Assembly (NCBI GenBank): GCA_043228905.1
Contig: JBHGNT010000006.1
Coordinates: 18,228,001 to 18,292,000 of the forward strand
Origin: Azolla caroliniana
Lineage: Eukaryota > Plantae > Polypodiophyta
Direction: 5' to 3'
DNA length: 64,000 nt
Below, piece after piece: positions 10,263-39,500 of the stretch (positions are counted from its first letter, which is position 1; each line of letters opens with the position of its first letter). Position numbers and translations under genes: made by a program. The notes beneath the pieces are model-generated. The model saw only the letters and a program-made list of their open reading frames with translations, searched no databases and was not told the DNA's origin.

Positions 10263-13199
10263 TTGGATATGGTTTCATCCATGTCAAATTTTATTGTTAT
10301 AAACTAGTCTCTGAATGAGTTTTAGAAGTTCATCAAAATTGACATATCTATCTATAATGAATCAATTAAGTCCAGTAGACCAATAGAGAATACATTCCTG
10401 TATTCCTATCTTAAGTGCACTCTATTTTCAGAGTTCTGTTCTTCTATTTTGATGATTATTCGAGACCCATCTCTGCTTAGAAGAGATTAAATAAATATCA
10501 GAGTTTCTCAGGGAAGGCACACATAAATGAATCACGGAATTTAGACGTTTTGATGACTGTACACCAAATCACACATTCATTTCTCATAGATTTGCATCCA
10601 TGCTTATGCTGTATGGTAGTAATTCTATCAACATCCTGGCTTGCAAATCTTGGGGAGTAGTCCTCTGTTCGCAGGATAGATTGGATATGATGGGGTTCTG
10701 CCAAACATTTTCTTTAGGCTAATAACTTCAGGATACTGCAAATACACTTTGGACCTTTTGCCTTGCCTTTTCATGGTTTGGATGACCGTTAACTGTATAT
10801 TGCATTCAGTACAATTTCCAGCTTCAACTTGTGGTGTATCTGGAACAGCTACTTATATTGATTGCACTGAGCATGTGAATTGGTTCATATCCTGAAGAAT
10901 TGGCAGGGTGCTTGCACACACTAAAGAAGGCAAGCTTTCCTCATAGGCTGAGGACACACTTGCCTTCCAATTGAATTCAATATAAGTGACATTGCTTTGC
11001 AGCATATGCTCCCAAAATGGTTTCTTGTCTGGGGCTTCCCTCATCATGACTGGGAGACCTATCTTGCATATACCACGCTTTTACTATCCTCATACTAAAG
11101 ACACACAAAAAGTCTAGTGGGATTTTGCAGATTTTATATACAGTTCTGGAAAATTGCCTTTTTGTAATAAATGCATGAAAAGTGTTGTAAATATTACCTC
11201 AATTATGTATTCTCAAAGAACAATATTGTAAGATAACCATCTCTGCCCTAATGGATTTCTAAAGCTTGCCATCACTGACAATCCTAGATGGATATATGTG
11301 GGAGGGATGCTGATGTAGAGAACTGTTTATTCTGCTGTGTTCAATGCAAGTTGATCTTATTCAAAGCAAGTTTTAGCATTTTGTAATGTATGCAATTTCA
11401 AGTTTAAAGATATGAGATTGTTTTTGAGAATCATTGTAGAATTGTATATACAATTGTATGTGCAATGATGGCGCACTGGACACAAAAAGGAGTGGCATGG
11501 ACATTATCTTAAAATCATGGCATTTCTGTTTCTCCATGGATTTTTGATGAATAGAATCTAAAAATAGGTCCTAGGACATGAGTTTTACCTATAACGAATT
11601 TATATGGACCCACCTATTTAGCATGGTATATAAATTTCATCTCACCTATCCAACCAGATGTTAAAGTCCTTAAATTTCTAACCTTTGAGGAACTTATACC
11701 CCCAGCTCTGAGGCTCTTGAAGAGCTGTTGTGACATCATGGAAGAGAATGTTGATGACAAGATAGATACTTTGTTAAGATTATTGAAGTGCTTAAGAAAC
11801 TTTGGTTCCATAAAAGTTGTAAACCTCTTGTGCTCTGATATGATAGAGAAAAGGTTCTGTGAAATAATATTTGAGAGATTAGCAAATGCAAACATAGTCA
11901 CATGGGACAGGATGGATGCAAGAATTGGATGTCTTGAGTAGGGGAATGGGAATGGCCCTAAGGTAGAGGAATGTGTTCAATCCTTGAATGGAGAAAAACC
12001 TCATCTGAACTAAATCAGGTTCATTAATAATCTTGTTGGAAGTTGTAGTGCATGTTTTGAACCTGATATAATCTCTCATCTGGTCACATAGGACATTCTG
12101 GCCTCTTAAAAGATGATAAAAGAGAGCCGCATGATAGTGTATGGCCCATGAGGTCTTATGCATGATTATATGCTAGGAGTTAGTATGCTGTCCCCAACCA
12201 TGCATGCGAGGAAGTGCTAGAGGCTCTGGTAGAGTGGCTGTGTTGTACAAAGAAGAGCACAACGAAATGCATAATGATGTAGATGTAGGTTATACGTGGT
12301 TATGGATCCAAAGGTGGGAGCACAATGAGTTGTATTGCAATTTGCCACGCCTCTTGCTTATGCACAATTTTCATCTCTATTTACTAGTTTGTAATATTGT
12401 AAGATTCACTAATATGGGGGATATAATGCTATTAGGGAAATTCACTGCATGCAGTAAGAATGAACAAACTTCATTTGACACAAGCGAGACCATGTATGGA
12501 AATTTTGTAGCAATAGAAGTTGGCCTAGAGTGACAAATTCAAGATACAGCGTGAACAGAAAATGGCAAACACTTTCTAGCCATTGGTAGTACATATGGAT
12601 TGGTGATATCCAATGGTTTTGTCACAATGGCCAAGATAAGATGCTTTGACATGTTGGAACCTCAAGGAAAATCCAAGCATGGAGTGATTACTTGATGGGA
12701 TCTCTATCCCGTCTACCCACGATAACAGATTTCACTATCTCTAGTAGACCCATTTGGCAGCAGATCATGCATATCTATGTTTTAAGGTGAAGCTTGAATG
12801 CCAAAAGGATGCATATGCTAAGAATGGGACTATGCATGCTAAATACCAATTTTCTCGAGACAAATTTGGTGCATATAATTGTGAAGCATATAATGGCATG
12901 CCTGATTTGTGGATTTCTAGAAGTAGTCACACAAGGGTTGTCAAAGTCATTGCATTATGCTACAATAAATACCTTTCCCCATGGGCAATGCACATGTACA
13001 TGGTAAATCCAACTTTGGTGTGAACATAGTTAGATGACTGTTGGATTTCTAGCTACCTGCAAATCTTGGTTATATAAACAATTTTTTGCTTCTTTGTAAT
13101 CATAAGCTTGTTTTTCTTAATCTATTGACTCTTTCTTAAGTCTTCTAAGTGATCTTGTTGTGTGAGTTTGTAGTCTAAGATCCCTACATTTTCTACAAA

Positions 13200-16100
13200 T
13201 GGTATTAGAGCAGGTTTAGGTTACTTTCTCTATCCTATTCTTCCTGATAGGCATGCAGAGATCTTTCTCATCATCTCTTTCCTCTAAAGAGATGTTGAAG
13301 ATCTCCATCTACAAAGATGAAAAGTTTGAACAACAGAAAACTACACTAGAGGCTATTTTTCTCTATTTTCAAATTTCAGAAAGATTTTGAGCTGATTCTT
13401 TCGACTACTTACTCACCCAAATCGAACTTTTGTTTTGGAGATACCGTGAAAACAAGTTCTGTAGTAGTCTCAAACCCTAACTGCACAACAATTGCAATGA
13501 CCAGTTTTCAGCACAGCATAGTAACTCTTTTCTATTTCTTTCAGACCAATGCATATACTATTCTTCAATATTGCATTGCCTTAATACATCTTGGTGAACA
13601 AAACCACCAAGTATTGCAATATCTCATCTATATTTCTTGTTGGATTTGTTTTTTTGCAATGGCCGGGGAAACTAATATTTTTGGCATTTAACGCTTAAGA
13701 CAAGTTGGAAGATTTTAACTATCCTATGCCGGCATACATGATGGGACATGTATTGGTTGCAAGTAGCTAAGTGACATTGTTATCGGGTCTAATGAATGTC
13801 AACTTCAAGTTCTTATCCAAACTTCCCCTCCCCTTCAAGAACAACCGACGCAAATAATGCTTCAAGCTCTATTCCTCAACAACCCAACTTAAGTGGGAAG
13901 GTAAGGATGTTCAAGCCCATGCTCTTATTGCATTGTCAGTAAAACGATACATTGTTCCACATATCTGATGTTGCACCATCTCCAAAGGTAGTTGGGATGT
14001 GTTAAAGAATTTATATGCTCAAAGGAACGAACCAAGAGTTATGCTCAAGCAACAACTTGAAGATGGAAGAAGGTGATTCCATGGATGTATTTGTGACCAA
14101 GATCAAAGACTTCAAAGAACATCTACTCAACATTGATAAAGTGATTTTTGACAAGCAATTAGCTTCTACAACTCTTCTAGATTCATATTAAGGTTTCGTC
14201 ACTATAACAAGGCTTCTTACAAGAGGTAAAGAGAGATTTAGCTTTGATGTGCTAATCTCCCTTCTCTTATAGGAATCTTAGTCTCAAGCAAATCTAGATG
14301 TTCTTGACAGTGATGATCAAACTTTTGTTACCTCTTCTAAGTTCAAAAGTCAAGAAGGAAAAAACAAAAACCTTCCTTCTAAAGGCAATGATGTTTGGAC
14401 TTTCCATGAGGTCAAGAAGAAAAGGTGCAATTACTATCATAAACAAGGTGATGACATTAGTGAATTTTGAAAGAGGAAACTAGTGAAGAAAATAAAAAAT
14501 GAGCTGGTTTGAGCACACATAGCTCAACATGAGTAGGCATTCTCCATATACACGGTGTATGATCCCTCGAAGGATGACACATGTTTAACCTCTTGCAAAA
14601 ATTTCTTTGTCACACTTGAAGATGCTTGTTATAAGGCAGACACAATTACTTGTGCGCAATAATGTTGCTTACATTATCAAAGCCATTGGTCAAGTTCATA
14701 TTATAGTCGTCAATGGGGATGTAGTCACCTTGAACAACGTTCTCTATGTCCCTAGCATAAAGGAAAACCTTCTTTTGGTTTCCACCATTTCTATGCATGG
14801 ATATCTTGTTTAATTTCTCTATGACAAATGTACAATATAGGATCATACGAAGAGTGATATCATTATCACAACAAATATCTTGTTCAACAGCCTTTACAAG
14901 CTCGACATATATAAGAGATTTGATGACTAAAATGCATTAATGGTGGATGCCTAAACACAAAGAAATTCCAAACTAGGGAACACTTGGTTCGACCATTTAA
15001 TTTTCAACGACCTTGCACAGTTTAATAAGCATGATATGGTATGCAGTCTTCCATTCATGTACCATCTAATTGTGTTTGTGAGGGCGCTATTCTAGGAAAG
15101 ATGCAAAAACTTTGATTTCCAAAAGATGCAAATGTTTTGGCAACACACAAGCTTCAACTTGTACATAGTGATGTATGCGGCCAAATGAGAACATTATCGA
15201 CTGGAGAATATCTTTATTTTCTTACATTCATTGATGATGCTACCCGACACACTTGGGTATATCCTTTGAAGGAGAAATCCAACATTTTTTCATGCTTCAA
15301 AGAATTCTTACACCTTGTTGAAAATCTTAGTCGTCATAAACTCATTACTCTTTGCACTGATAGAGGGGGTGAATACATGTCTCAAGAGTTCAATGCTTTA
15401 TTGAGGGACACCGATATTATCCATCAAAGCATCACTCCATACACACCACAACAAAATGGTTTGGCTGAGAGAGAATAAATCTCTCATGGAGATGGCAAGA
15501 TGCATGCACGCTGGTAAGAACCTACCTCATAAGTTTTGGTTGAAAGATTTAATGTGTGCAAACTAAGTGTCAAATAGATTTCCCACAAAAGCACTTAACA
15601 CTCACTCTATATGAGGCTTGGAGTGGTGACAAAACAACTGTTGGTCACATCAGAATATTTGGAAGCTTGGCTTATGCATTTGTGCCAGCACAACAGTGCC
15701 ATAAGCGTCAAGACAAAACAACCAAGTTCAATTTCGTTGGCTACAACAAATAAAGCAAAGGTTATCAGTTGTTTCAGCCTACCACTGGTAAGGTCATCAT
15801 CAGCTGGGATGTGATATTTGCTGAAAATGCAGCTCAACCACTTGTGGATTGCTCCAAAGAGCCCATTCTTGATCAACCAAATGCATTTGATACTTCGTTA
15901 CCATTGCTCCAAAATGCCGTGTTTTAAGGTAATCAACAACTAACCCAACCTCATAGAGGTAATGTGCAGGTTTTGCGTCAGCATCAACATGCTCCAAACA
16001 AGGATGTAGAGTTGCCAAACAATGCTCAAATTGATCTCTTGCAACAGTTCACTATAGTTGAACATGAGCAACCAAACATTGTGGACAATAATGCTGATTT

Positions 16101-17721
16101 ACAGTCATTAATCAACATGATGCTGACATGGAATTGGAGGAAGAACAAGCCTCTTCTAAGCAAGCAAGAACAATCCCTAAATGGCTGATTAACACTCTTA
16201 TGGACGCAAACTCACATTTCCTCTTCAAGGTAAAATTGGGTCAGCCAATCAGCAAGCTGAACTGCATTATGTGCATCATGCTCTTATTGCTGAAATTTGT
16301 AATGAGGAGCCACTTTCTCTTGAGGATGCATTAGCACATGCCTATTGGGTTGAAGCCATGAAATCAGAACTTGAGTCCATCTACAAGAAAAACACTTGGG
16401 AATTATGTGATCTACCTAAAGGTAGAAAAGTAGTTGCCATCAAGTGGATTTACGAAGTCAAGCGTAATGCGGATGATAGTGTTGATCGTTTTAAAGCAAG
16501 ACTTGCAGCAAAAGGTTGCTCCCAAAACGAGGGGATACACTATGAACCTTTGCCCTCACTTCAAGGATAGCTACAATAAGAGCTAACAGTTGTTGCAGCC
16601 ACAAATAAAGGGTGGGAGGCTCACCGATTGGACATTAAAACCGCCTTCTTAGATGGAGATTTAGAAGAAGAGGTTTATCTAACTCAACCTCCCGGTTTTT
16701 TCATTAAAGGTACAAAACTAAAGTTTGCAGGATACTTTAAGCTTTGTATGGCTTGATACAAGCACTTTGTGAGGAATGCAAAGGCCCATGCTCATCTTCT
16801 TCAACTCGGTTTGTGAATAGCCCAACTGAAAGCACTCTCTATGTTCAAAAGGATGGAGAAAAATCACTAATTGTTGTGGTTTATGCTGATGATTGGCTAA
16901 TTACAGTAGCTAATGAGCAAGAAATTGCAGATTTCAAGGCTGATCTTAGTAAGACATTTGAATGCACAGAACTTGGTCATCTCCATTACTACCTCAGCAT
17001 TCAACTCATTACCGTTGAGGGGGGCATTTTCTTGAATCAACGGAAGTACATCGAAAAGTTCCTACAACGATTCAGATTTGAAGAGTGCAAGCCAATCCCC
17101 ACTCATGTAGAAGCAGGTTTCATATTCTCATATCAAGACAAAGGAAAACTAGCCGATGCACTCTTATACCAATAAGTTGTAGGTTTTTTGTTATTTTTGT
17201 GCAACATGCGACCTGACATTCAATGTGCAGTTTTGCAATCAAGTAGGTTTATGCACAGCCCTGGAATATAGCATTGGCAACCAGCCAAGTGGGTTTCCTG
17301 TTACCTCAAAGGCACTATGGATTCAGCCTCTTCTATGGAGAAGGCAATTTGTCTACTTTAATAGCCTTCAATGATGGTGATCAGAGTGGCTGCTATGGTA
17401 CTCGTGTGTCACGCAGTGGCACTTGTTTCACTATTGACAATTCTTGTATTTCCTGGATCAACAAGAAGCGGTCAATATTGGCAACATCAAGTTGTGAAGC
17501 CGAATTTAGAACAACATTCAGGCTATAGTACAGCTATACAATAGAGTGTGTTTGGGTCAAGAGATTATTGTCTGATTCGTCACTTGAACAAACATACATC
17601 TCCTACTTGTATATTTATAGATAGTCAAAGTGCCTTGGTTATTGCAAGGAATGCCGTCTTCAATGCACGTACAAAACACATTGAGGTGAATTATCATTAT
17701 GTGAGGGAGTGGCTCCATGCT
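13200..17721 (+). mobile_element. Degenerate Ty1/copia retrotransposon, from PBS through gag, INT, RT and RNase H; 3' end cut by a LINE
   Basis: PBS TGGTATTAGAGC (tRNA-iMet type, 1 mismatch) at 13200. Fragments LQLVHSDVCG...TFIDD...TPQQNGLAER, NTWELCDLPKGRK...RFKARL, VYADD, ARTKHIEVNYHYVRE. Many stops and frameshifts. Confidence 0.93.
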
Positions 17722-20035
17722 AAAGAAAGAAAGAAAGATATATTAACGTCTTTTAAGAGGCCAAAATGGCCTATAAGACCAAACAGGAGATTACATCTTC
17801 GGTGTTGTCTCGTCTTTGAGAACAACAAATCAAAATAAAATAAATATTAAATCAAAATAAAATAAATATTATTCAGTAAATAAGATAAAAAGAGACGAGG
17901 GAATCTGGTTTGCAGCACATGTGAGATTCTCAAGTTAGATATATTGTAGCTTTTGTCTTTGAAAGATCTCTAGCATAGGTCGATCCAGAATGGAAATGTC
18001 TCCGAACTGAGGAAAGCACCTGCGATGGCAGGAGATAATGGCCTTAAATTGTCGATGACAAGGGTGTTGAGGTTGTGGTCCATGGGGCTAGGGCCTTCGT
18101 GCACGACAAATTGCTATCGCTCGATCTATTGTAACTCCTTTGTTATGTCCTGGGCGGGAACCCATTTCTGTATCCCTTGATTGACTTGTAGCATTAGTAG
18201 GAGTCATGAGGCTAAAGAAAGTTGTGATTGTTCTTTGTGGATGAGCTTGTGCGGCTGTATTCTTCAACAACTTTTCTCGATGTCTCTTGAGCTCTAGCAA
18301 GAAAAGTCCTAGCCACCGTTGGTCCTCATATTCTATTACTTTGCGTAGCTGTCAAAGCCTTTTTTAAAGAGGCAATGGTATCTCCCTTTGATTTCATAAA
18401 GGGCACTATAGTGACAAACATAGTGTTCTTCGGATTCCACTCCATGATGACACAATTGGCAAATTCTTTCTTCTAGAGGTATTCGTGTATATCTGCCTAA
18501 CTCAATTTGTAACTGATGTGATGAAGTTCGCAGCTGCCCTATCACATTGCGCAACACATAGGATAGATGTATGTCCATATAAGGTGGCCTGGTGATGAAT
18601 CCATCTGCCGATGTGTGTAAGAAGTGTGTCTTATAGTGGGCCATCTTCGTATCAGTGGTATTTTGGGGCTGATCCATGTTATCTTGTTTTTCAAGTTAAT
18701 AATATCAGTTCGGATCACTCTATTCTTTTCCACTTTGGTCATATTTAGATGGGGACAGTCCAAGCTATATTGGAACGGGGGTAGTGCATTTATACTCATG
18801 CCATGTGACTCGAACCATTGCTGCATTTCAGCATACCAACAATGAATGTCTCCATTTTCAGCCAATTGTCTTGATGACATAAGTGCCAACCTTGGGTACC
18901 TTCGTTTAGGGAGCTCCCAAAGGAATTGGATAAATGTCGCTGATTGGAACAATGCCTCGGTGATTATAGGTGTTGCTCCCATTTCTGCCCGATTATATCA
19001 TGAGGCACCGATGCTTTTTTCCTTATCATTCGGGCAATCACTGACACTAAAGGTCTCTCTAAATCTTTCCAATGATTTGCCTTGTTAAGACTAGCTCCCC
19101 ACGTTTCTACTCCATAGAGAAGAGTTGGTGTGACAAGTGTATCAAATAACCACAACTTAGTTTGTGGCCCTTGGAACTACAAATGTGCACATTGTCTGTC
19201 GAGAACACCAAGGGCTGCATATCCACGAGGAAGTTGGGCAGAAGCAGCCTCCCGTAAGGAGAACCTAGGCCCTGTAAATATTACTCCTAGGTATGTGTAG
19301 GAGTGTGTGTATTCCACCTTTTCCTCTCCCAAGAAAAATTCCAGTTCTGATCTTGTTACCCATGCTTGAGTGGTGTTAAACACCATCACTTTAGTTTTAT
19401 CCATGTTTATCGACAAACCTTTGTCCGTACAAAATAGTTGCAAGGCATTTAGATGTTTTAGTAGTCCCTCCAGAGAGTCAGAAATCAGCACAATATCATC
19501 AGCATATAGTAATATTTGTATAGCTATACCTGCTAGGCATGCTCCTGAACCCTCGAATCTTTGTATGTAATGTGATACCTCATCTATATAGAAACCAAAG
19601 AGAGTGGGAGATAGTGGGCATCCTTGCTTCACTCCGATGGTGCTAGCCACCGCCTCTGATAAACTCTTGGAATACCACACTTTTCTTGACATGGATTCAT
19701 AGAGTGCATAGATTCCCCATTGCATATCTGTAGGAACACCAAGGGCTTCTAGCCGTTGCATAAGCCGAGCACGTGGCACAATGTCAGGCTTTTTGGAAAT
19801 CCAAAAAGCAGCAATAAATCCTCTTATTGTGGGCTTTGCCCTCCTCAATAACGGCCCAGAGGGTCAATATGTGATCGAAGGTTGTGAACCCCTTCTGAAA
19901 GCCTGCCTGTCCCGCTGAACGGAAGCCATTCTGCTCTGCCCATATACTCAATCCTGATTCTAGAATCAAGCCCATATAGGTTTAGTCAAGGAATGGCCAA
20001 TCATGATTGTCCTATAGTTGTTTGGCATCATGGGT
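17722..20035 (-). mobile_element. RTE/RTEX-like LINE copy 1 (5'-truncated, frameshifted) with (CTTT)n 3' tail
   Basis: QAGF, GVKQGCPLSPTLF, LLYADD, YTYLGV; C-terminal LRTSSHQLQIELGRY...RICQLC...ESEEHY; AAAG repeats at 17722-17737 on +. Confidence 0.92.
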
Positions 20036-22056
20036 TGAAGGCAGCACGAGGATTAGGGTTTCGGTCAAAAACATAGAGGGAGAGAGTCTGAGTCAGAGAC
20101 AAAGGGAGAGAGAGCAATGCACGCTGTCTTGGGTACAAAGAGTGTACCTCTTTTTTGGTTTTTAGATATTATGTATATACAAGTCAAAAGTGTGCTATGA
20201 GTGCGTTCACACTCGTGCACTAATAAAAGGCACGATGGCCCTTTATTCCCAACAACCTCCCACCAAAAGGCAATGTGCCATGAGAAGAAAAAAGAAAAGA
20301 AAAAGAAAGTCAGCTAAGTCCAAGTATGTAGAAAGCTGAACTGCATACATCTGAATGTACTAACTCAAGTGGGGACGACTTCAGCAAAAGAGACTTTTTA
20401 TGAGATGTTTGTAAATGTTTACCATAAATGCAATGATCACAATGTTCAAAATCAGCATAACAAAGACATGGCAAGTAACCCAAACGAGACGATTTTTATA
20501 CCAGTTTCACTCATGTGTCCCAACCGGCCATGCCACAAAGAAACACTAGGCTGCTCGGTTATGGCAACAACATGGTCACTCACACTAGACACATGGAGAG
20601 GATACAAAGTATCACTTTTACTACCCTTGGCAATAACTGTAGATCCCTTACAAATCTTCCATTTCCCATCACCAAAGGTTGTGTGAAATCCATCATCATC
20701 TAGCTGTCCTGTGCTAATCAAGCTCTTCTTGAGCTGAGGTACATGCCGTACATGCTGAAGTGTGAAAGCAGAACCATGCTGAAACTGTAATTGCACAGTG
20801 CCAATAACTGCAATTTCACATGCATAGTTGTCCCCAAGATGGGCAACACCATGTCGACCCCCTGTGTAATCCGAAAACCACTCACGATGAGGGGTGACAT
20901 GAAAAGAAGCACCGGAATTGAGTATCCAAGTGTGCATGTCATCATCCGTATCTGCCAGTAAAGCATGTTCTCTATGGCATGATGAAACAAAGAGTGCATC
21001 ATTTCCACTGTCACTATCATGAGTGACTACATTCACCTCTTCAATTTTAGTATTGCCTTTTCTTCGGTTGAATGTCTCTCTTTTCTTCTATGAAATCATC
21101 TATCTTCTTGCCCTTTCCTTTCTCTTTCTTCCATTTGAAACAATCACGTTTAAAGTGACCCTTTTTGCCACAGTGATGGCATTCTACATCTTTACCATGT
21201 GATTTACTATGGCCATAACTATTAGATTTGCCTCTGTTGTGACCTACCCCATATGCAACGCAGTAGAGTACTTATTGGATGCATTGTTTTGCCGACTCAT
21301 CTCTTCCTGAGTAGAGAACTCTCTACATCGGCATAAAGAAGCATCGCATTTGAATTGCTCATAGCAGTCCTGAAAGTATCAGCTGGCTGGGTGCAAAGTA
21401 AAAACATGGCCTTAAACTCATCATCAATGATGAATTTCAAGGCAACCAGCTGGCTGAAAATGGAATTGAACTCACTCAGGTGAGTTGACATGGGTGTGCC
21501 CTCTGTCATACGCAAATCCATAAGTTTCTTAAGGCAATAAACTTTGCTAGCTGCCGTCTTCTGGGCATACAGTTCCTGTAGTCTAGTCCATATAGAATAG
21601 GCACAGTCCAAACCTTCAATATTAAACAGCAAGGCATCAGAAATCGACAAGTCAATAGTCGAGCGTTCAAGCTCGTTCAACTCTTGCCAATCATCTTGGT
21701 CCATATTTGTAGGCTTTACCACTTTGACTTTAATAGGCTTTGCATGCTTCTTCTGCAACAGGATGTTGTAGCACTGCTTTTTCCAAACTGCAAAGTTATG
21801 TGCACCCTCAAGCTTCTGGATGTGCATAAGGTGGCTACTGTCACTGCTGCTAGTCATGATTTCTTAGCCCAAATGGAGGACCAAACTTGCTCTGTAGAAA
21901 ATGTGACCTGCTTTGCAAAAAACCCTAAACTTGGCTCTGATACCAGTTTGAAGGCAACACGAGGATTAGGGTTTAGGTCAAAAACAGAGAGGGAGAGAGT
22001 CTGAGTGAGACACAAAGGGAGAGAGAGAGATGCACGCTATCTTGGGTACAAAGAGT
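20036..22056 (-). mobile_element. Internally deleted Ty1/copia element (gag, zinc knuckle, protease, integrase N-terminus only)
   Basis: 3' LTR 20036-20254 with PPT GGTGGGAGGT; truncated 5' LTR 21949-22056; PBS TGGTATCAGAGC at 21934-21945 (-); gag 21297-21857; WILNSGASFH protease; HGRLGHMS; homology stops at LELVHSDVC near 20343. Confidence 0.92.
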
Positions 22057-23562
22057 CTAGGGGTTCATGAGTTTGGATGACATTTTGACCCTTTGAGCCA
22101 CAAAACTTTCAAAAACATTTGAGCCTTTCTTGACAAAGGGAACCTTGAAACTAAAATGATGGGGTTCTACACCACTCAAGGCATGGTTAATGAGATTAGA
22201 ACTGAATTTCTTCTTGGCATGATCCTATGCATTCACAAGTCCTCAATTCTCCCTATAGGAGGTGTTTGTGCTCGAATTTCTAGTGGACATGCAGCCCCTT
22301 GGTGCCCTTGGAAAACCATGTGTACATATCCAGCTTCAAGAAACCACGAACTAAGGTCTTGTTACTCAACCCAAATTGTTCTTTTGCAGAGTAGGAATTT
22401 GGGAAGCCAACAGGCATGTAACTGGACAAATTTGGAGAGAACTTTAGTCTGGATTGCCTGCATGAGAAAGATCAAAGCAATGGTGGCCCACTAGATGATT
22501 CGGGCTGTGATGAAAGCAGCCCCAATAGTGACCAAGGCATTAATGATTAGTATCCAATGTATTTGGGGGTCCACACATGAACATGACTAATGTGAAAAAG
22601 ATTAGAGTGATCTGAGCCAATATCATTAAATTGGGTAGTGAAAGAGCATGGATTAGTCCCACAACATTTGTTGGTAGTAATGACCACTATGAGGCGCTCT
22701 TTTTACTCTTGTAAGATCGGTTTATTATTAGGCATTCTCATATGGATACATATTTATCTCACATGCTCCTTATCGTGATCGAGCAGCTCAGGAAGTCTTC
22801 ACATCAGTTAGAAATGGACATTGGGAGAGATGCAATCAAATCTATGGAAGAGGGGATTTGCCAATTATGCCATTGGAAGAAGACTATATTTTCCATCATG
22901 ATGTTTTTGTGAAATAAGAGGGAGATGCCATTACCTCTTCAAATAAGGTAATGGAATATGACAAACAATGTTTTTTGGGGGTATTCTCGTCACGACAGAA
23001 GAGATAGAGAGAGATGTTGTTGAAGGACAGCAATACAAATACAACAGCTCATTAATAGAGAACAATCACGAGTTTCTTTAGATCCATTATGCTACAAGTC
23101 AATCAAGGGCTACACAAGTGAGGTCTCGATCAAGACACTTGAGATAGGTTATGATAGATTGGATATTAGCAATGTGTAATGCACATAGGCCACGATGATC
23201 TGAACCATGGCCCTGCCGCCTTCTTCATGGAAAAATAAAGGCCATTGCCACCCTGGAAGGAAGGTATGTCCCTCTCTTCAGAGATCTTTCCATCTTGGAG
23301 AGGCCCATGTTAGAGATTTTTTTAAGGCAGAAATTTCAATATTGAATTTCAGAATCTTAAGTACTTAGATAACTAGAGTGTTTTATACACTCTATTTAGT
23401 TATATTTATTTTGTTTTTTTGCTTTCATAGACAAGAACATTTTAATTTATCATATTTTGTTCTTTTCTTAGGCCATTTTTGGCTCTGAAAGGACATCAAT
23501 TTAGCTTTCTTTCTCTATCTGTGTTTTCATATTGCAATTTATATATCCAATATATTATATTG

Positions 23563-23628
23563 CATACATACATACATACTTACATACATACATACATACA
23601 TACATACACGTATGTATATATATATATA
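23563..23628. repeat. (CATA)n / (TA)n microsatellite just upstream of the start codon
   Basis: Direct reading. Confidence 0.9.
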
Positions 23629-23685
23629 TTCCTCAATTCTAAGGTTTGGAATCTAACAGGAATATTTACTATGTGAGAAGAAGAA

Positions 23686-39500
<15,815 letters not shown>

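Noticed and set aside
10500-12250. Possible highly decayed L1 fragments on the minus strand
   Set aside because: Only vague motif resemblance and inconsistent domain order; cannot be supported without a profile search
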